From positions 558,001 to 622,000 of the forward strand of contig MU054001.1 in the NCBI GenBank assembly GCA_013239625.1: a stretch of 64,000 bases of DNA. Direction: 5' to 3'. Positions within the stretch are counted from its first letter, which is position 1. Every line of letters starts with the position of its first letter. Under the pieces are notes generated by a model, which saw nothing but the letters and a program-made list of their open reading frames with translations, had not been told where the DNA came from and did not search any database. Below, piece by piece: positions 46,601 through 60,579 of this stretch. Position numbers and translations under genes: made by a program. The stretch is from Lama guanicoe. Its lineage: Eukaryota.

Positions 46601-47279
46601 TAGGATATAGTTGATGACTGGGCTGTTCTTAAAACCCAGTTATAGAGCTGTCTCACTCCTGTTTTCATTCTAAACAGGCCCTGTAGAGACTTTAACAGCC
46701 GCCTGTTACAACTGTTCAACTTGTCAAAATGTATTATATTACTCCACTAATAAATAGTATTAAAGGGCATTTGACTTCATTTCTCCTTTTCAGAGGGGAT
46801 CAGGTTGATAAACACAACTGGCTTAGATCGGTCTCATTTTAATTTGTTTATGTCAGCTAAGTAATATTGAAGGTCCCTGGTTTGAATTTGGCAAACATTA
46901 TTTTCCCGAGGATGTAAAACTTACAAAATATTATGGACAATGGAAACAATTAACGGAGACTATTTATGGTAGAATCTTTGTCTGTGAAAGATGTATGACT
47001 TTAACATGTTTCTCCCACGTTCAAAGTATTTGAAAAACCGTAGCAAAACTGACATTCTTTGAAGCCTAACTCGACTAATTCCTTTGCCAATAATTCTGTC
47101 TTTTCTTTAAAGAAGAAAAAGTAGCGGGACTTTTTGATTTCACAATTTTCTTTTGCTTATCTTTGTCTGAGTCAGAATATGTTTTTGAGAACATATTCTA
47201 ACTGATCATGATTTCTTTTTTCTTTTATTTTTTGTTATTTTTAGAACACACGTGCTTATTTTTAAAAGAGAAAAGAAAA

Positions 47280-50200
47280 ATGTAGAAATTTATTTGATAA
47301 ACCCTCCCTTTTACCCTCTCCCCCAATCCTACTTTCCTGTCTGGCGGTCACCTTGTTAACAGTTTGGTAACATATCCAACATCCATAACATTTTCTGTGC
47401 ATATTATATGTACATGTGCACATACAGATGTGTATTTATTTACATACATGACACATTTTGGATCATTCCATGAAGTCTGTGATTTGCTTTCTTCCCCCAC
47501 TTATCATAGATATTTTCCTATTTTGGTGCCCAGATCTTCCTCACTCCTTTTCATAGCTAGTTGTCATTCCATATTTTGGAGGTATAAAATGTATTATCTA
47601 TTGCCTGTTGATGTCATTTCAAGTCACCTCCAGTTTTGTGCTATGACAACAGTGTTGCAGTGACCTTCTGAGTGTGCCTGAGTGTGTGACTGCAGCAGGT
47701 GTGCATGCATCTTTGTGCCTGTGTCATAATAAAACACTGAATTAACGTTTATTGAGTGATTACTCTGCGCCAGGCATTATTCAAAGTAGTTTACATATTA
47801 TTAACTCATTGTATCATTGCAGTAAAGAGCTAAGATGTGTTATAATCTCTGTTTCACATGTACAGAAGCTGAGGCATAGAGAGGTTAAGTAACTTGCCCA
47901 GCCAAGGTCACCGGCAAGTGATAGTAGAGCCTGGCCTCAACCCAGGAGATCTGGCACACCAGTCTGCGTTCTTAACCAAAATAGTGAGCCTGCAGAAATA
48001 CTTTTTTTAAACAATTGTGTCTCCTTATTAGTGAGTTTGAATGTGGTTTCATGTGTTTATTGCCATTACATTTCTTCTGAGAATCGGCCTGTTTCTGTCT
48101 TTGCTCATTTTCCCATAGTGTTGTCTTCTTATCAAATTACAACAGATCTTTATTGATAACGTCTGTAGATTCTTTGTTATACTTTATCAAATTTTTTTTC
48201 TAAGCCTGTTGCTTATATTTTTACTTTGTTTTATTTTAATATTACTAAATTGTCCTTTATGGATTGAGGTATAAGGAAGCCTTTTACCACCTGCAAGATA
48301 ACAAGTATGCTTCCCCACGTTTTCATCTACTACTTTTAGTTTTTGAAGTTTTGATCTTTAACTCACATGGGATTTATTTGGGTGCGCAGTGTGAGATAAC
48401 AATCAAACTTTTATTTCTAGTAATATCTGCAGGTTCCTTTTGTAAATTGTCCATTTTTTCCCTCTATGGTTTGAAAGATAACCTTTGTCTAATGCTATAT
48501 TCCAGTATATCTCTGGATTGCCAGTTCTCTGGAATATTCCATTTGTCTAATCCTTCAACTTTCACACTTTTTACCATTATAACATTAAAAGTAAGTTTAA
48601 AATCTTCTAATTAAAAAAAACTCTACCAAATAATCTTGAATTATAAAAGAAATATATAAAGATATATATATATATAATTACATATGATGTTTCAAAATAA
48701 AGTTTAACTTGTTGTACATTTGCTTTTTAAGCTAAACATTTGAATCAGTTTGCAAATTTTACTTTGAATTTCCTTTGGGATTTTGATTGGGAATAGATTG
48801 AATTTGTAGACTAATTTAGGGGCAGGGATAAATCTTTCTAATCCTGACTCTTTACAATATTTCAGAATAATAGCTAACAATTATTTGTTGAATGAATGAA
48901 TACGTGATTTGTTTTGTCTTTGGAGAAGAGGAGAAGGAATAAATATTTGATTATTTTCTAAATATTTTGCATTTTCTTAAAATGATCCATTTCACTTAGA
49001 TTTTCAATTTATCATTGGAAATTCTACGTATTTTTGCTTAAAAATATTCCCCATATCTCTAAGAATGTCTACTTTCTTAATCCAAATGTGGTTTACTTTG
49101 GTTTCTCCACTGTTTGTCAGAGTTGACAGAGTTTTATTGGTCTTTATATATACATAAATTTTTTTTTGGTTTTATTGATATGCTCTCTTTTTCACTTGTT
49201 TAATTTCCCTTTCATCTGAATTCTTCTTTCACTTATTTTAGTTTGTATGGTTGACTTTTTCCTGGGTCTTTTGGCTGAATGTATAGTTTAGTTTTTCCTC
49301 TCTCTTGATTTTCGATACATATTTTTAGGCTATAAATTAGCCTCTAAGATCGGTTTTGGCTGTGTCTAGTAGTTTTTATATATGTTGCTTTCATTGTCTT
49401 AAATAACTGAATAGTTATGAATATATATGAATAATTTTACACTTTTATTCTTTCTTAACCATAGAGTTATTTTGAAATAGCATTAAAAGATAAGTGGTTG
49501 GAGCAATATGGTGGGGGGGGCATGGGCAAGAAGAAGAGAGTTAGCCATCTATTGTTTATTTCTGGTTTTGGTGTTTTTTCATTATAGGTAGAGAATGGAG
49601 CCTGTATAATTTCCACTTTGGGTAGTACATTGGGATTTCCATTGTAGTCAAACATTTTTTGTAAACACTCTACACCTTTAAGAAATGTTCTGTCTCTCTT
49701 TAGGAAAAGTATCTTAAGGCTGCTTATTAAATCAAGCTTGTTAATTATGTTTTTCCAATACTCTACATTCTTATTTTCTGTATATTTAAACTGTCCGTCT
49801 CTAAAAGCTTATGGTTTTCAGATATTCTCCTGTATTTCCAATAAATTGTTTATGTATTTTGATGTTTTGTTGTTTCAGGGAGTGAAAGTTTGTTTCTTCT
49901 TTATCTTCTTGGTAGACTAGACATTTAATTGACATCAAATTTGTCTCTTTGTTCCCTCTGATTACAGAAGGAAGCCTCTGCCCTAGTATGCTGCTTCTTG
50001 TGATTTTTTTTCCCTCCCTATTTTTGAAGAGTCTGTTATTATTTCACATTTTTCTTGCTTCTCCCTCTGTTTGGAGAGGAATTCTCAGTGGCAAACACAG
50101 CAGCTACAGCCCACTGTACCTCTGGGTGAGGGTGGGTGAGTGTGAGGACAGGCTGGCGCTAGGCTGGGCCAAGGGAGGCCCAGAGGGTGCAAAACTGAGA

Positions 50201-51300
50201 TGCTTACTCTCAGTGTCTGCAAAGTCAGGTGGACCTCAAATGATGCTGAGAGTGAGTGCGTCCCTGAATTTTGCACTCTAGGTGCTTTTACCTGCCTCCC
50301 TGCAGTCCCAGCCCTGCTAACAGAGTCCATGGTTCTCCAGGTGGGCCTTTCCGTGATCTTGAAATATTGCCCGTCACTCACTCTGGTCTTTCATATTTGT
50401 CATCCCCCAGTTTGCTTCTCTGAGTTTGCTCTTTTACCACTCCATTAAGAAAGACAACATTCATTTCTATAGCAGCTGTTCCCACCCCTGTTTGGATCGT
50501 GGTTTACGCTGGTGTTTCTGTTCACTTATTGCTATCTTTTTTATTTTCATCAAGGTAACGATGAATTAGCTAACAGTGAAACAGCACTAAAAGAAAAATA
50601 GAAGGTCTGTACCTCATTCTTTTTCACTGCCTCTCTACTCTGCAGAGGCAACCCTTAAAAACATCTCTAGCTCTTTCTTCTGTCACTTGCCTTCACATTT
50701 CTAAATAATATGATTTCTGCCTTGATTATCAGTTAGTTATAGGTATGTTTTATTGACTTCTGCTCATGACATAGGAGTGTACAACTTTGTTACTTCACCA
50801 TGCCTGTTGCTCCAAAACTTGATTCTTCCAATGTAACTTTCAGTTAAATTTGGTTTTTAGTCCTGGGCAAAATATGTGCTTACATTTCTCTAACCATTAA
50901 AATATTTTTCTTGAAGCTAATAGTGGACTTGTTTCCACATCTGATTCATTCCCATGTGCTCCATCAAATCTGTTATCACTATCGACAGTTTCTGAACAGT
51001 TATATGTATCAGATAATAATTTATCAATTTTTTTTGGTTTTTCTTTTCTAGAGAACTCTCTCTGGAAACCCTTTTTCCTCCTTCTCCGGTTTGGATTGAT
51101 TGCTTTCTTGCTTTGCTGCTTGGCTGTCATCCGCAAACTTATCTTTGTGTTTTCCTATGTTAGAGTCTCTGCTTTCTTGTTTTATGTCTTCTTCTTTCTT
51201 CCTTCTCATTTTCATGGAGCTCATCCTTTCACAGCATTCTAAAGAAGTATATGTGGAAGTAAAATATTTTCATATGTAATATTCAGTTCATATTAAAATG
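47280..51300 (-). mobile_element. Patchwork of highly diverged L1M(E)-like fragments
   Basis: T-rich antisense-L1 composition with motifs such as GGGATTTTGATTGGGAATAGATTGAATTTGTAGACTAATTTAGGG (about 48780). Confidence 0.55.
47740..47980 (-). mobile_element. MIR SINE
   Basis: GTTTATTGAGTGATTACTCTGCGCCAGGCA...GCTGAGGCATAGAGAGGTTAAGTAACTTGCCCA. Confidence 0.85.
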
Positions 51301-52319
51301 TCACTATCCCAATAAAGTTTTTTATAGTATTTTCCTCCAACATAGGATCTAATTGAGAATCACCTTTTTTTGGAAAAGCCTTAAAATTAATATTAGATTA
51401 ATTTTTAATAATTAAATTTCTGCCAGATCTGTGCTCTGGGGAAGAGACCTTACATCTTGGGGAAGAGGGAGAGGATACACAAGGGGACACAGGTGAAGTG
51501 GATAGTTTCACATAGAGAGATGTGCTAAGTCCCCCTGGACGTGACCCTGGACTTCCTGGTCATGGCTGGCCTGATGGCTATTGCCAGTTGCATAAATGGT
51601 TTATATGCATATCCTGTCCCTTCTGCTAGTTTGTAGATACCACAGGAACAAGTTCACTCCTTTGAAGAGTGCTATTCTCATGATGCTCTATATGCCCTAA
51701 GCATATATATGCTCATTCGTGGAGAGGACAGGGCAGCCCCAAAGAAGACTCACAAATGGAGACAGACCTATACTAGCTGGCTCAGTAAGAAAAGAAAGTA
51801 GCCTAGTAATGATCTCTCTCTCTCCTTTTTTTTTCAACCGATTCCCCCAAAAAGGGACTAATTCAGGTCTTAGTTATATTGTCACATCCTCAGAGAACCC
51901 GTCCTGGGTTTCCATCTTCTCCCTCATATATTGTGTCTTCTCCTCCCTAGGCTGCCGGCCCTATCTTGTATCACTGTTTACTCAAATCCTAGCACCTGCT
52001 TGATACATATTTGTCAAATGAATAAACGAGGCTAACCAAAGCAGAGCTAGACTATTCTAGACTGGAGGAAGTGTGACATCTTCCTTCTGTCTGGCCTTGA
52101 GGAAGCTGCCATCAGAAGCACCCTTGTTGCCTATGAAGTGCCAGTTTCAGGACCATACCCTGCTTTACGAAGGAGTGAAGTTGGGATCCATGTGGAGAGG
52201 GAGATTGCCTGTTCCTCGCTACCCCCACATATGTCTTCCAGCTGTGATTCCCCCTGTCCCTTTTGGGGAAGAGTGTGTAGATCAGTGCTCTGGGTTTGGA
52301 AGTTGGTTCATAATGTTAA

Positions 52320-52550
52320 TAACGGGAGTGCACATCTATCGAGCATTTCCTATGTGCTGGGTACCACACCACATGTGTAACATGCATGGTCTCATTTAAT
52401 TCCCATCAGGGACAGATTATCCCTATCATTCCTATTTTTATAAGTGAGGATATTGAAGCTCCAAGAAGGTGAGTTGCTCACTCAAGTTCATGGGACTCAC
52501 GAATGAGTGAACTAGGACTTGGACCCGGGTCTGTCTGATCTAAGGCTTCT
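52320..52550 (-). mobile_element. MIR SINE
   Basis: TCTCATTTAATTCCCATCA...CCTATTTTTATAAGTGAGGATATTGAAGCTC...GGACTTGGACCCGGGTCTGTCTGA. Confidence 0.7.
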
Positions 52551-54561
52551 GCTGATACAGTCATGTTCTGCTGGTTTCTGTGGTGTTTTCCTCCACCTAC
52601 ATTTCAGCATCACAGACTCACTGGCTGGAGTCATGACATCTCAGAGGAAGAAAGGATCACAGAGGTCATCATCTATCTGGTCCAACTCCTGTCAGCACTC
52701 AGGAGAAAATGGAAGCCTAACGTTTCCGGCCACCCATCACTTAACAGGGTGAGCATTTAGCAGTTGATGGCTCGCTGGAAGCAGTAGGAACAGAATCTGT
52801 AGTGCAAGCAGGCAAAGTGCACAAAAGCTGGCCCCAGACCATTTTTGGCAAGTGCACACAACCCTTTGTCCACAGGATAAAGGTAGGTATACTCTAGAGT
52901 AACTTAGATAAGGCCAGTGCTTAGCCTGAGAAAGACATGTTAGAGATCTACTCTGACATGTATTTCCTTCTGACTTACAATTAATGCAAAACACCTACTA
53001 TTCCCATCGGTTGGCTTTCCAAATCCCCGATGCCACTGGCCTTTGTGTTAAAGGAACACTCGCTGCCCGGGACTGCAGACTCATAGGATGATGTGGAATA
53101 AAAACAGCAGGACATGATTCCAAGACTCATTATACAAGTTTGGACTCAAATCACCAGGTCTTTCTCTCCATCCTTCCCCCCAAGTTTACCTAATCCCATA
53201 GTTCCTTACGTTTCCAAAGATTTGAGGGCATGGGGATTACCGTGGAAGTAAGTAGATTTCACATCCTGGAGATGTTTTTGTAGCTGCCACATGTGGCCCC
53301 GGGTTAAGTAGCTAAACACTTCAGCTTGCTGGCAGCCAAAGGCAGCCCTCCCCTCCCATGGAGCTCCTTGTGACTTCAAAAAGTATTCCACGGGGTTGCA
53401 GAGAAGAGGAAATTTGGGAGAGGGTTACCACTTATGCTGCCTGAATTCATTTTCCATCTTTGTGCTTTCTTGTTATTAGAGCTATGCAGGAGACGATGGA
53501 AGGGCCGAGAAATTTGAGGGCTTTCTTCAGAGAAGGTGCTAGAAAACCCAATATTTGAAGGAGAGATTGCATTCTTCTAGAAGCAACTTTTTAAAAAAAA
53601 GCATTACTAAACGTAATTTCAATTGGGAAGGTTCCTATGACAGATGTGCAGTGTAGGCCGAATCAGTTAAGGGATTCCTTGCTGTATATAAAAGCGCATC
53701 TCTTTACATCTCTCAGGAAAAAAAGCAATTGTTTGGAGTGTTTTCCACTGTATGACAATTCTGTTGGTGGCGAGCAAAGCCAGCCTGAGAAGGTATTGCT
53801 TACCGAATGGCATGAGAAATACGCCGTTTATAAATCCCTGCTGCGCATAGCTGGAAAGCATGAATGAGGCTGGAATAAACATAAGCCACCTGGACACCCC
53901 CTGATTGGGGAACATCTTAACAGGAGCTAGCCTGTTGAATTTTTTAATTTTTTTGGCCTGTTAGAATTTCTTAAATCTCAAAGAGGTCTTTAAAGCCTTC
54001 TAGATCATCTTCAACATTGAAAATAAACCAACACAATCCTTATTTTGTTCTACTTTATATTTTGAAGGAAAACTTAATGTAATGTAATGATTGATTTTAT
54101 TTTTTTTTTACTTTGCAAACTTTCGGCAGAATCCTTAACATTCTGCAATCAGTTGCTGCAGGAGCCAACTTACTACAACCGATTTAACAGAGATGTTAGC
54201 ATAATTTGTTAGAGCAAATGAACAGCAAAAGGCTGATTTTTATTTTGAAGTGTAGTCAGTCAACAGGTATTTACTGCACATCCCTGGGTGTAAGGAACTG
54301 TGTGAGATACTGTAGGCATCACTCATTTAGGATGCCACGACTAACTTAGAACATTAAAGATGTTCTTCTGTTTCCCCTGTGGTGATGCATATTGGGTCTT
54401 GACTATGACTTTGGTCATGATTATCTTGGGGAGGAAGGGGGCGGGGCCCTCTCAGCTGCACCTGCCCTTTGGTGCTGAGCCTGACTTGAGTCAGTCTCTC
54501 TGTCACTCTGTTTCTGTCTCCTCCACTTAACCCACAGGGTGGACTGAGGTTGGGAAGCTGG

Positions 54562-54660
54562 AGGTTTCTCTGTGTGAAGCTAATCGGCCCATCTGGGGCT
54601 TAAACCCCAGAGTCTTAGACCTCTTAGCACCTTTCTTGAGACAACTGGGCTCAGCATGGC
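54562..54660 (-). mobile_element. Ancient tRNA-Ile-derived SINE head (MamSINE1-like)
   Basis: Reverse complement AGCCCAGTTG...GGTGCTAAGAGGTCTAAG...GGGTTTAAGCCCCAGATGGGCCGATTAGCTTCACACAGAG resembles tRNA-Ile(AAU) followed by TTAGCTTC. Confidence 0.55.
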
Positions 54661-55983
54661 ACCTTGGATGCAAATGCTAATTGTTAATCATTAGGAATGA
54701 CTTTCTCCTTTGGGGGTCACAGAGGGGAGGGGGCTGGCTGGCTGCCTCATCAGCCCTGACTCATGCTTATAGTGGGAGCTTTGGTCCTCCGGGTAGGCGC
54801 AAGTGGAGTTGGGCCATTATGGGGCCAGTATGTCCCCTCTCATGTTCTGGGGCACAGCCCAGTGGATAACACATCCCACAGCCTGGCCTATTCCATGGTA
54901 ATATGCACTTATCAGGAATTAAGTCAAACGGTACTTAGAGACTGATGCACTTGTATGAGCCACACACCTATCTTTTGGTGGTAACCAAAAGGCTACCATG
55001 GTGACTTTTCGAAAAAGACTTATCTTCCTCTGAAAATCTCTGATTCCATTTTGTCAGCTTGAATTTTAGAGCAACCCCCAAAGTAATGTGGCTAATGGCC
55101 TTTGTTAGCTCCAGACAGTGTTTTCCTTATGTTCTTAGCTAACAAAGCTTAAACGTCTCAAAAAATAGTTGTGTAAAGAACATTTACTTTTTAGTGAATT
55201 CAGAATGGCTGACTTACAGTGTTGAAATCCATCCAATCTGCACAATAGCCTGAATCTCCGATGGGCCTTACACATAAAAGATGGAAGTCAGAAGAGCCCA
55301 TTAGCCAATTTCCAGATCTAGAATAGTAACTATCCTTCTCACCACGATCAAATAGCCATTCCTTATCCACCCTGGCCCTCTTTCCTGAGCACAAATGTGT
55401 CATCTGAACCTTTCTCAATGCAAGTTTAAGTGATTGCAACTGGCCCATGAGATGACATTTATATACCAGCTCTGATCTAGGTAACTTCATTCAAGGAAAT
55501 TTGTACTTTCTGCTGGTCTACACTGGTTTATATTTGGATCTTCTCACTCTTTTTCTGTCATGACTTTTGTGTATTACTGTCCAAAAGGCATCATTTTACA
55601 ACCTAGACTTAACTACATGTGCTGCCTCAGAAGGAAAGGAGCTTTCTAAAGTCACATGCTGTTTCAACGTCATAATATGATGCCGTGTAATAGTAACTGA
55701 CTTTTCACCTGTGTTAACTAGATTTTGTTCATTTGAAAATTGAACTATATTTAGTCTTTTAATTAAGGTTTCATGAAAAGTCTACTGTTTGGAAAAGAAG
55801 CATTTTCCAGATTTTTTTACCTTAGGATATATGTCCCTGAAGCCAAAACAAAGGCTGTGAGTATGTGTGTGTGTGTGTGTGTGTGTGAGTCTGTGTGAAT
55901 ATTCACAACTGAAATAATAGTAAAACCATTTTTTGAGAACTTAACTATTTGCCCGATTCTATGGTAGTCATTTCAACTGTGTT

Positions 55984-56396
55984 TGTATTAGTTTTTCAGG
56001 GCTGCCCTAACAAAATACCACAACTGGGTAGCTTAAACAACAGAGATTTTTTTTTTCATATTTCTGGAGGCTGGAAGTCGAAGACCAAGGTGTTGGCAGG
56101 TTTGGTTTCTCCTGAGGCCTCTCTCCTTGGTTTGCAGATGGCTGCCTTCTGGCTGGGTCTTCACAGGGCCTTTCCTCTGTGAGTGAGCATCCCTGGTGTC
56201 TTTGTCCCCATTTCCTCTCCTTTTAAGGGCACTAGTCGGATTGGATGAGGGCCCACCCTAATGGCCTCATTTTAACTTAATCACCTCTTTAAAGGCCCTA
56301 TCTTCAAATGCAGTCACATTTTGAGGTACTGGAGATTAGGGCTTCAACAAACAAATTTAGGATGTGGGAGAGGGAGACACAATTCAGCTCTTAACA
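55984..56396 (-). mobile_element. MLT1 (ERVL-MaLR) solo LTR
   Basis: TGTATTAGTTT...GGCTGCCCTAACAAAATACCACAACTGGGTAGCTTAAACAACAG...ACAATTCAGCTCTTAACA; near-TSD GTGTT / GTGCT. Confidence 0.92.
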
Positions 56397-56654
56397 GTGC
56401 TGAATCCTGGCAGCAATTTTTTTAATTCAGATACTATCATTATCTCCACTTCAGAGATAAAGAAACAGAGGGTCCTAGAAGCTGAGTCACTGGCCTGATG
56501 ACCTTCATGTAGCAAGCCAAGCATACCATTTACACACTGTATTTCTTCTTCAGCTGTGTGTGTCACAGATATCATTCAGTTTATGAAGTGAGTTTGAAAA
56601 GGCCCATTGAAATTTCTGGATTCCTTTAAAAGAAGGTGTTTGTAGCAATGTTGC

Positions 56655-56880
56655 TAATGGAGCTTCTGCCACTTAGCAGCTGTGTGACCTCTGACAGGTG
56701 ACTTCACCTCTCTGGCCCTTGGTTTTCTTGTCTATCAAATGGGGATATTAAACATACCCCCCCCCGAAAGGGCTGTTGTGAGAAGGATGTGAGATAATCC
56801 TAGAAGGTCTTTATAACTGTGTCTGTACATAGGAGGTATTAAGTAGATGCTTGTCGCTATTATTATGTATGATTATCATT
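56655..56880 (+). mobile_element. MIR SINE
   Basis: TCTGCCACTTAGCAGCTGTGTGACCT...GGTTTTCTTGTCTATCAAATGGGGATA. Confidence 0.8.
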
Positions 56881-58424
56881 ATTCTGAGAAGGATGCATTT
56901 TCAGAAAGGGAAAACGTGCTTACTATCGTTCCATTTTAACATTTGAAAGTGTTATTACATACTGGCCATTTGGATCTATATAGTTTTAAACATTTTTCAT
57001 TTTCAATGTATTATGTCATTTTACTTTGGCAACATGTCAGAGGCTCGTGTCATATGCCAAAAAGGATTTAAGTCATTGGCCATGTGTCATAAATGTGACA
57101 CCAGCACTGATCATCAGACTAACAGTATCTGCTTTTATTTTCAGATTTTTAAAAAAAAGTTTTATCTGTTATGCCGAGACTTAAATTGGGCACATGGAAT
57201 GTTGCAGAAAGAGGTCCCTGAGAGCCTAGCTGCTCCACTTGACTCTGCATGACTGCCATGGTCTTCCCTTGGTGGGTTTGTCATAGGTGCCAGCCCCCTG
57301 GAGTGACTCCTTGAAGCTGCTTCCAGACATCTAATATGGCAGACCACACTGCACTGCAGCGCCTCATCCGTCTGGTCTAAGGTACTTATTCTGAGTATGT
57401 TCCTAGGTTAAATTCCTAGCAGTGGAGTTGCTGGGTTAGAGGTGTATATATATATTCACATTCTGATAGATACTACCTACTTGCCCTTTGAAACAACTGA
57501 ATCAGTCCATTCTCACCCACAGTAGATGAATGTGCCTATTTCATATCATCAAACATTTTCATGTTTGGCAACATGCTAGGTAAGATCCATTCATCCACAG
57601 TTGCTTTGATTTGCATGTCTTTAATTATGAATACTACTGAGCACCATTTTCATCCGTTTGTTCCCTGTTTGTATTTGTTACCCTTGTATGTGAATTGCCT
57701 GTATTCACCTCTTTTGTCCACTTTTCCACCGGGTATGTTTTTTCCAACTGAATTATATAAACTCTTTGTCAATTAAGGAATGAGCCCTTAAGGCAAATAT
57801 TTTCCCCCAATTTACCCTTTGTCTTTGTTTACAGTGTTCCAGTCTATCCTCAGCTTTTAAATTCACATGTATTTGACTGTGTTGACACCCAGGAAATTTG
57901 CTGAGAGTTGGGCCAAGTCTCAAGGTCCACTCAAGTCTAAAGAAGACTCTGTAAATACTAACAACCACAAGACGGAAGGAATGCAAGTCCAACGGTGGTT
58001 TTTCGCAAACTTTAGCAGGTGGGTGAAGGCCACTTCTGCTGTCTAGAACTTTCCAATGATTCTGTCACCTCTCCTGTAAGATACTCTACTCTGCACTGTA
58101 GCAGCTGAACTGTTGACATTACAATCAAGATATGATTTTTTAAATGTTTCTTAAATGTTTCTGTTACTGTTAAAAAAGTCATGTGGTTCCCTACAGTGAT
58201 TGAATGTTTAAAATCCAGGCTCTGGCACCATGCCTACCACTCAGAAATGTGCTGGATGAGTCTGTGAATGTTTGGGGTAAAGAAACATGATTCAAGAAGG
58301 GCTAAACCACCCTAGAAGGCTTGGCGAGCTCAGGATGCTCCAGGATGTCTTCATGAGGAAGAAAAGAAAGTAAGAACTTTGAATGAAGGCATTCAATGCC
58401 TTGGAGATAGCTGTAAGTAATTTA

Positions 58425-58635
58425 AGATATAGTCGTTTTTGGTTTACAATGTAGTGTTAATTTCTGGTGTACAGCACAGTGGTTCTGTTATACATGTATA
58501 CATTCCTTTTCATATTCTTATTCATAGGCTATTACAAGGTACTGAATACAGTTCCCTGTGCTCTACAGTAGGACCTTGCTGTTTATTGTTTTATACATAC
58601 TAGTGCGTATCTACAAATCCCGGGCTCCCAATTTA
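58425..58635 (-). mobile_element. LINE-1 3' terminal fragment
   Basis: TTACAATG...TCTGGTGTACAGCA...GAATACAGTTCCCTGTGCTCTACAGTAGGACCTTG, the antisense of the element family at 2455 and 43466. Confidence 0.8.
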
Positions 58636-58734
58636 TAGTTTAAACTTTCTGGAAAACCTGAAGCCTCCTACCTATAATCTTTGTCATCTATGAGACTTAA
58701 AACTATTCAGGAAAACTCAATCATCTAAATGAGA

Positions 58735-58860
58735 GAGCTTCTCAAAACCTTGATGTGCATATGAATCACCTGGGGATGGATCTTGTTTGAATGCAAATTC
58801 TGTGATTCAGTGGGGGGCTCGGGTAGGACTGAGATTCTGCATTTCTAAAAAGCTGCTTAT
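58735..58860. mobile_element. MER5A-like hAT-Charlie fragment
   Basis: CTTCTCAAA...GAATCACCTGGGG...ATGCAAATTCTG...GAGATTCTGCATTTCTAA. Confidence 0.75.
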
Positions 58861-60579
58861 CCTCAGACCCCATGGTAGCCAGACTCTAAAAAAGATCTTC
58901 TGAACATGTCCCCCTGTGCGCAGTATTTTGTGTGCACGTACACTTCCTTTGTGTATGTCTTTATATTCCTGCTTTCTAAAACATTAATTGAGAAATAGGC
59001 CATTGTTACAGAAACCACATTGCACTTCGTGAAAAAACATTGGGTACAAAAGCAAAACATTGACAAATTGGTACTTTCTTGCTTGGTCACGCCTGATTTA
59101 AGGAAATGAACCCCAAATAGGCTATGTGAATTGGAAATTGACTTCAGCCACATTTAAATTGTTCTCTTTTAAAATATTAGCAGTTGAGTGTGTAAACCGA
59201 TATTTATTTTCTCATCAAAGGTTTGTGGCCAATGGTTTATAAATGAAAGAAATGAGGGAAGAGAGCTTCGAAGTGTTTCCAGTAATAGAAATGGAAATGG
59301 GATATTTTCGTTCTTTAAATGGCAGACACGGGCCTCAACTAAAATTCATCCAGCTCTGGGAAGAGGAAATTGTATGGAAAACTGACCATAGTATAAAAGC
59401 ACAGGCCAGCACCTCTCTGCTGGCAATCATAATAAATATTTTTCGGTGGAAAAAAAGTTGAAGATCCAGCTACATTAAGGGAGAATCTATTAACAGAATA
59501 ATTCTATAGAGAGGACCCCTTAAGAAAAGCTTCCAAAATTCCATTATCTTAACTGTCACTCGCCACTTTGAGTTGTCTTGGCGCTGTGTGTTTTCATGAA
59601 TTACCAGAGCTGTTTGTTTTTTCCTTTATCAGTCATCACCCTGTCAGCCGGGCCATTCATAACAACTTTTGGCAGCTCATCAGGAGAGTTCAGAGCTTGA
59701 ATAGGACCCTATCAACTCTCACACCTCATTGTGTGAAACTGTTTACCAGCATTGCCTTTTTCTGTAAATATTACAAGCAGAGCCCTGAAAGGAGAGATGT
59801 GTGAAAACAAAATGGACAAATCTTGTAGCAGTTGGCTGAGATGGCCGATGGGGGTTGGCTGAGAATTTGCAAGTCCTTGTTTCCTTTTTTCGGCTGAATC
59901 CCACCTAGGCACTGGGCTTGAAATCTTGTGTAGGCTGGTTAATTAGACGATATTTAATTTGCCTGAACGTTGGTGTCAGTTTGGTGAAAGTGAGACTTTG
60001 TAATTAGGGAGTACAGACCAGTTTTCTGTCACAGTTCTACCCCCCTTACTCTAAATAATTCAGTGCACTCTCTTCCAGTGTATTGTCACCCACGATGTGC
60101 TGAGTTTACCCCGCTGTCTTTGATGCTTGACTGGTAATAAGGTGGCCCCTGTGACACAACCAACAGCAAATGGACTAGGTCTCCTGGACTTCACAGCCTG
60201 AAGCTCCTGCCGGATTCACCCATCAGAAGTAATTTCCTATTTGAAACAAATGTCCACAATTCTCTATCTAAGCTAGTAATCTCCAATGCCAATGGGTATG
60301 ATTTTATTTATTTATTTATTTTGGTCTCTATTTTTACTAAAGTTATATATGCACAGATTTTGAAGCATCAAATAGGTGGAAGTTCTGTGAAGGAAAATGG
60401 CCATCTCAAGCCGGTTGTCAGAGGCGACCGCTTTCAAGTCTTGCGGCAGATTATTTAGAATATAAACCCACAGTGAGAAATAGGTTGTGCCGCTTTACCT
60501 GTTCTCTGTTGTATAAGTGGAATCATATTGCTGTGACTTGCTTCTTCCTCTTACCATGAAGGTGGGTTTTTTAATTACC

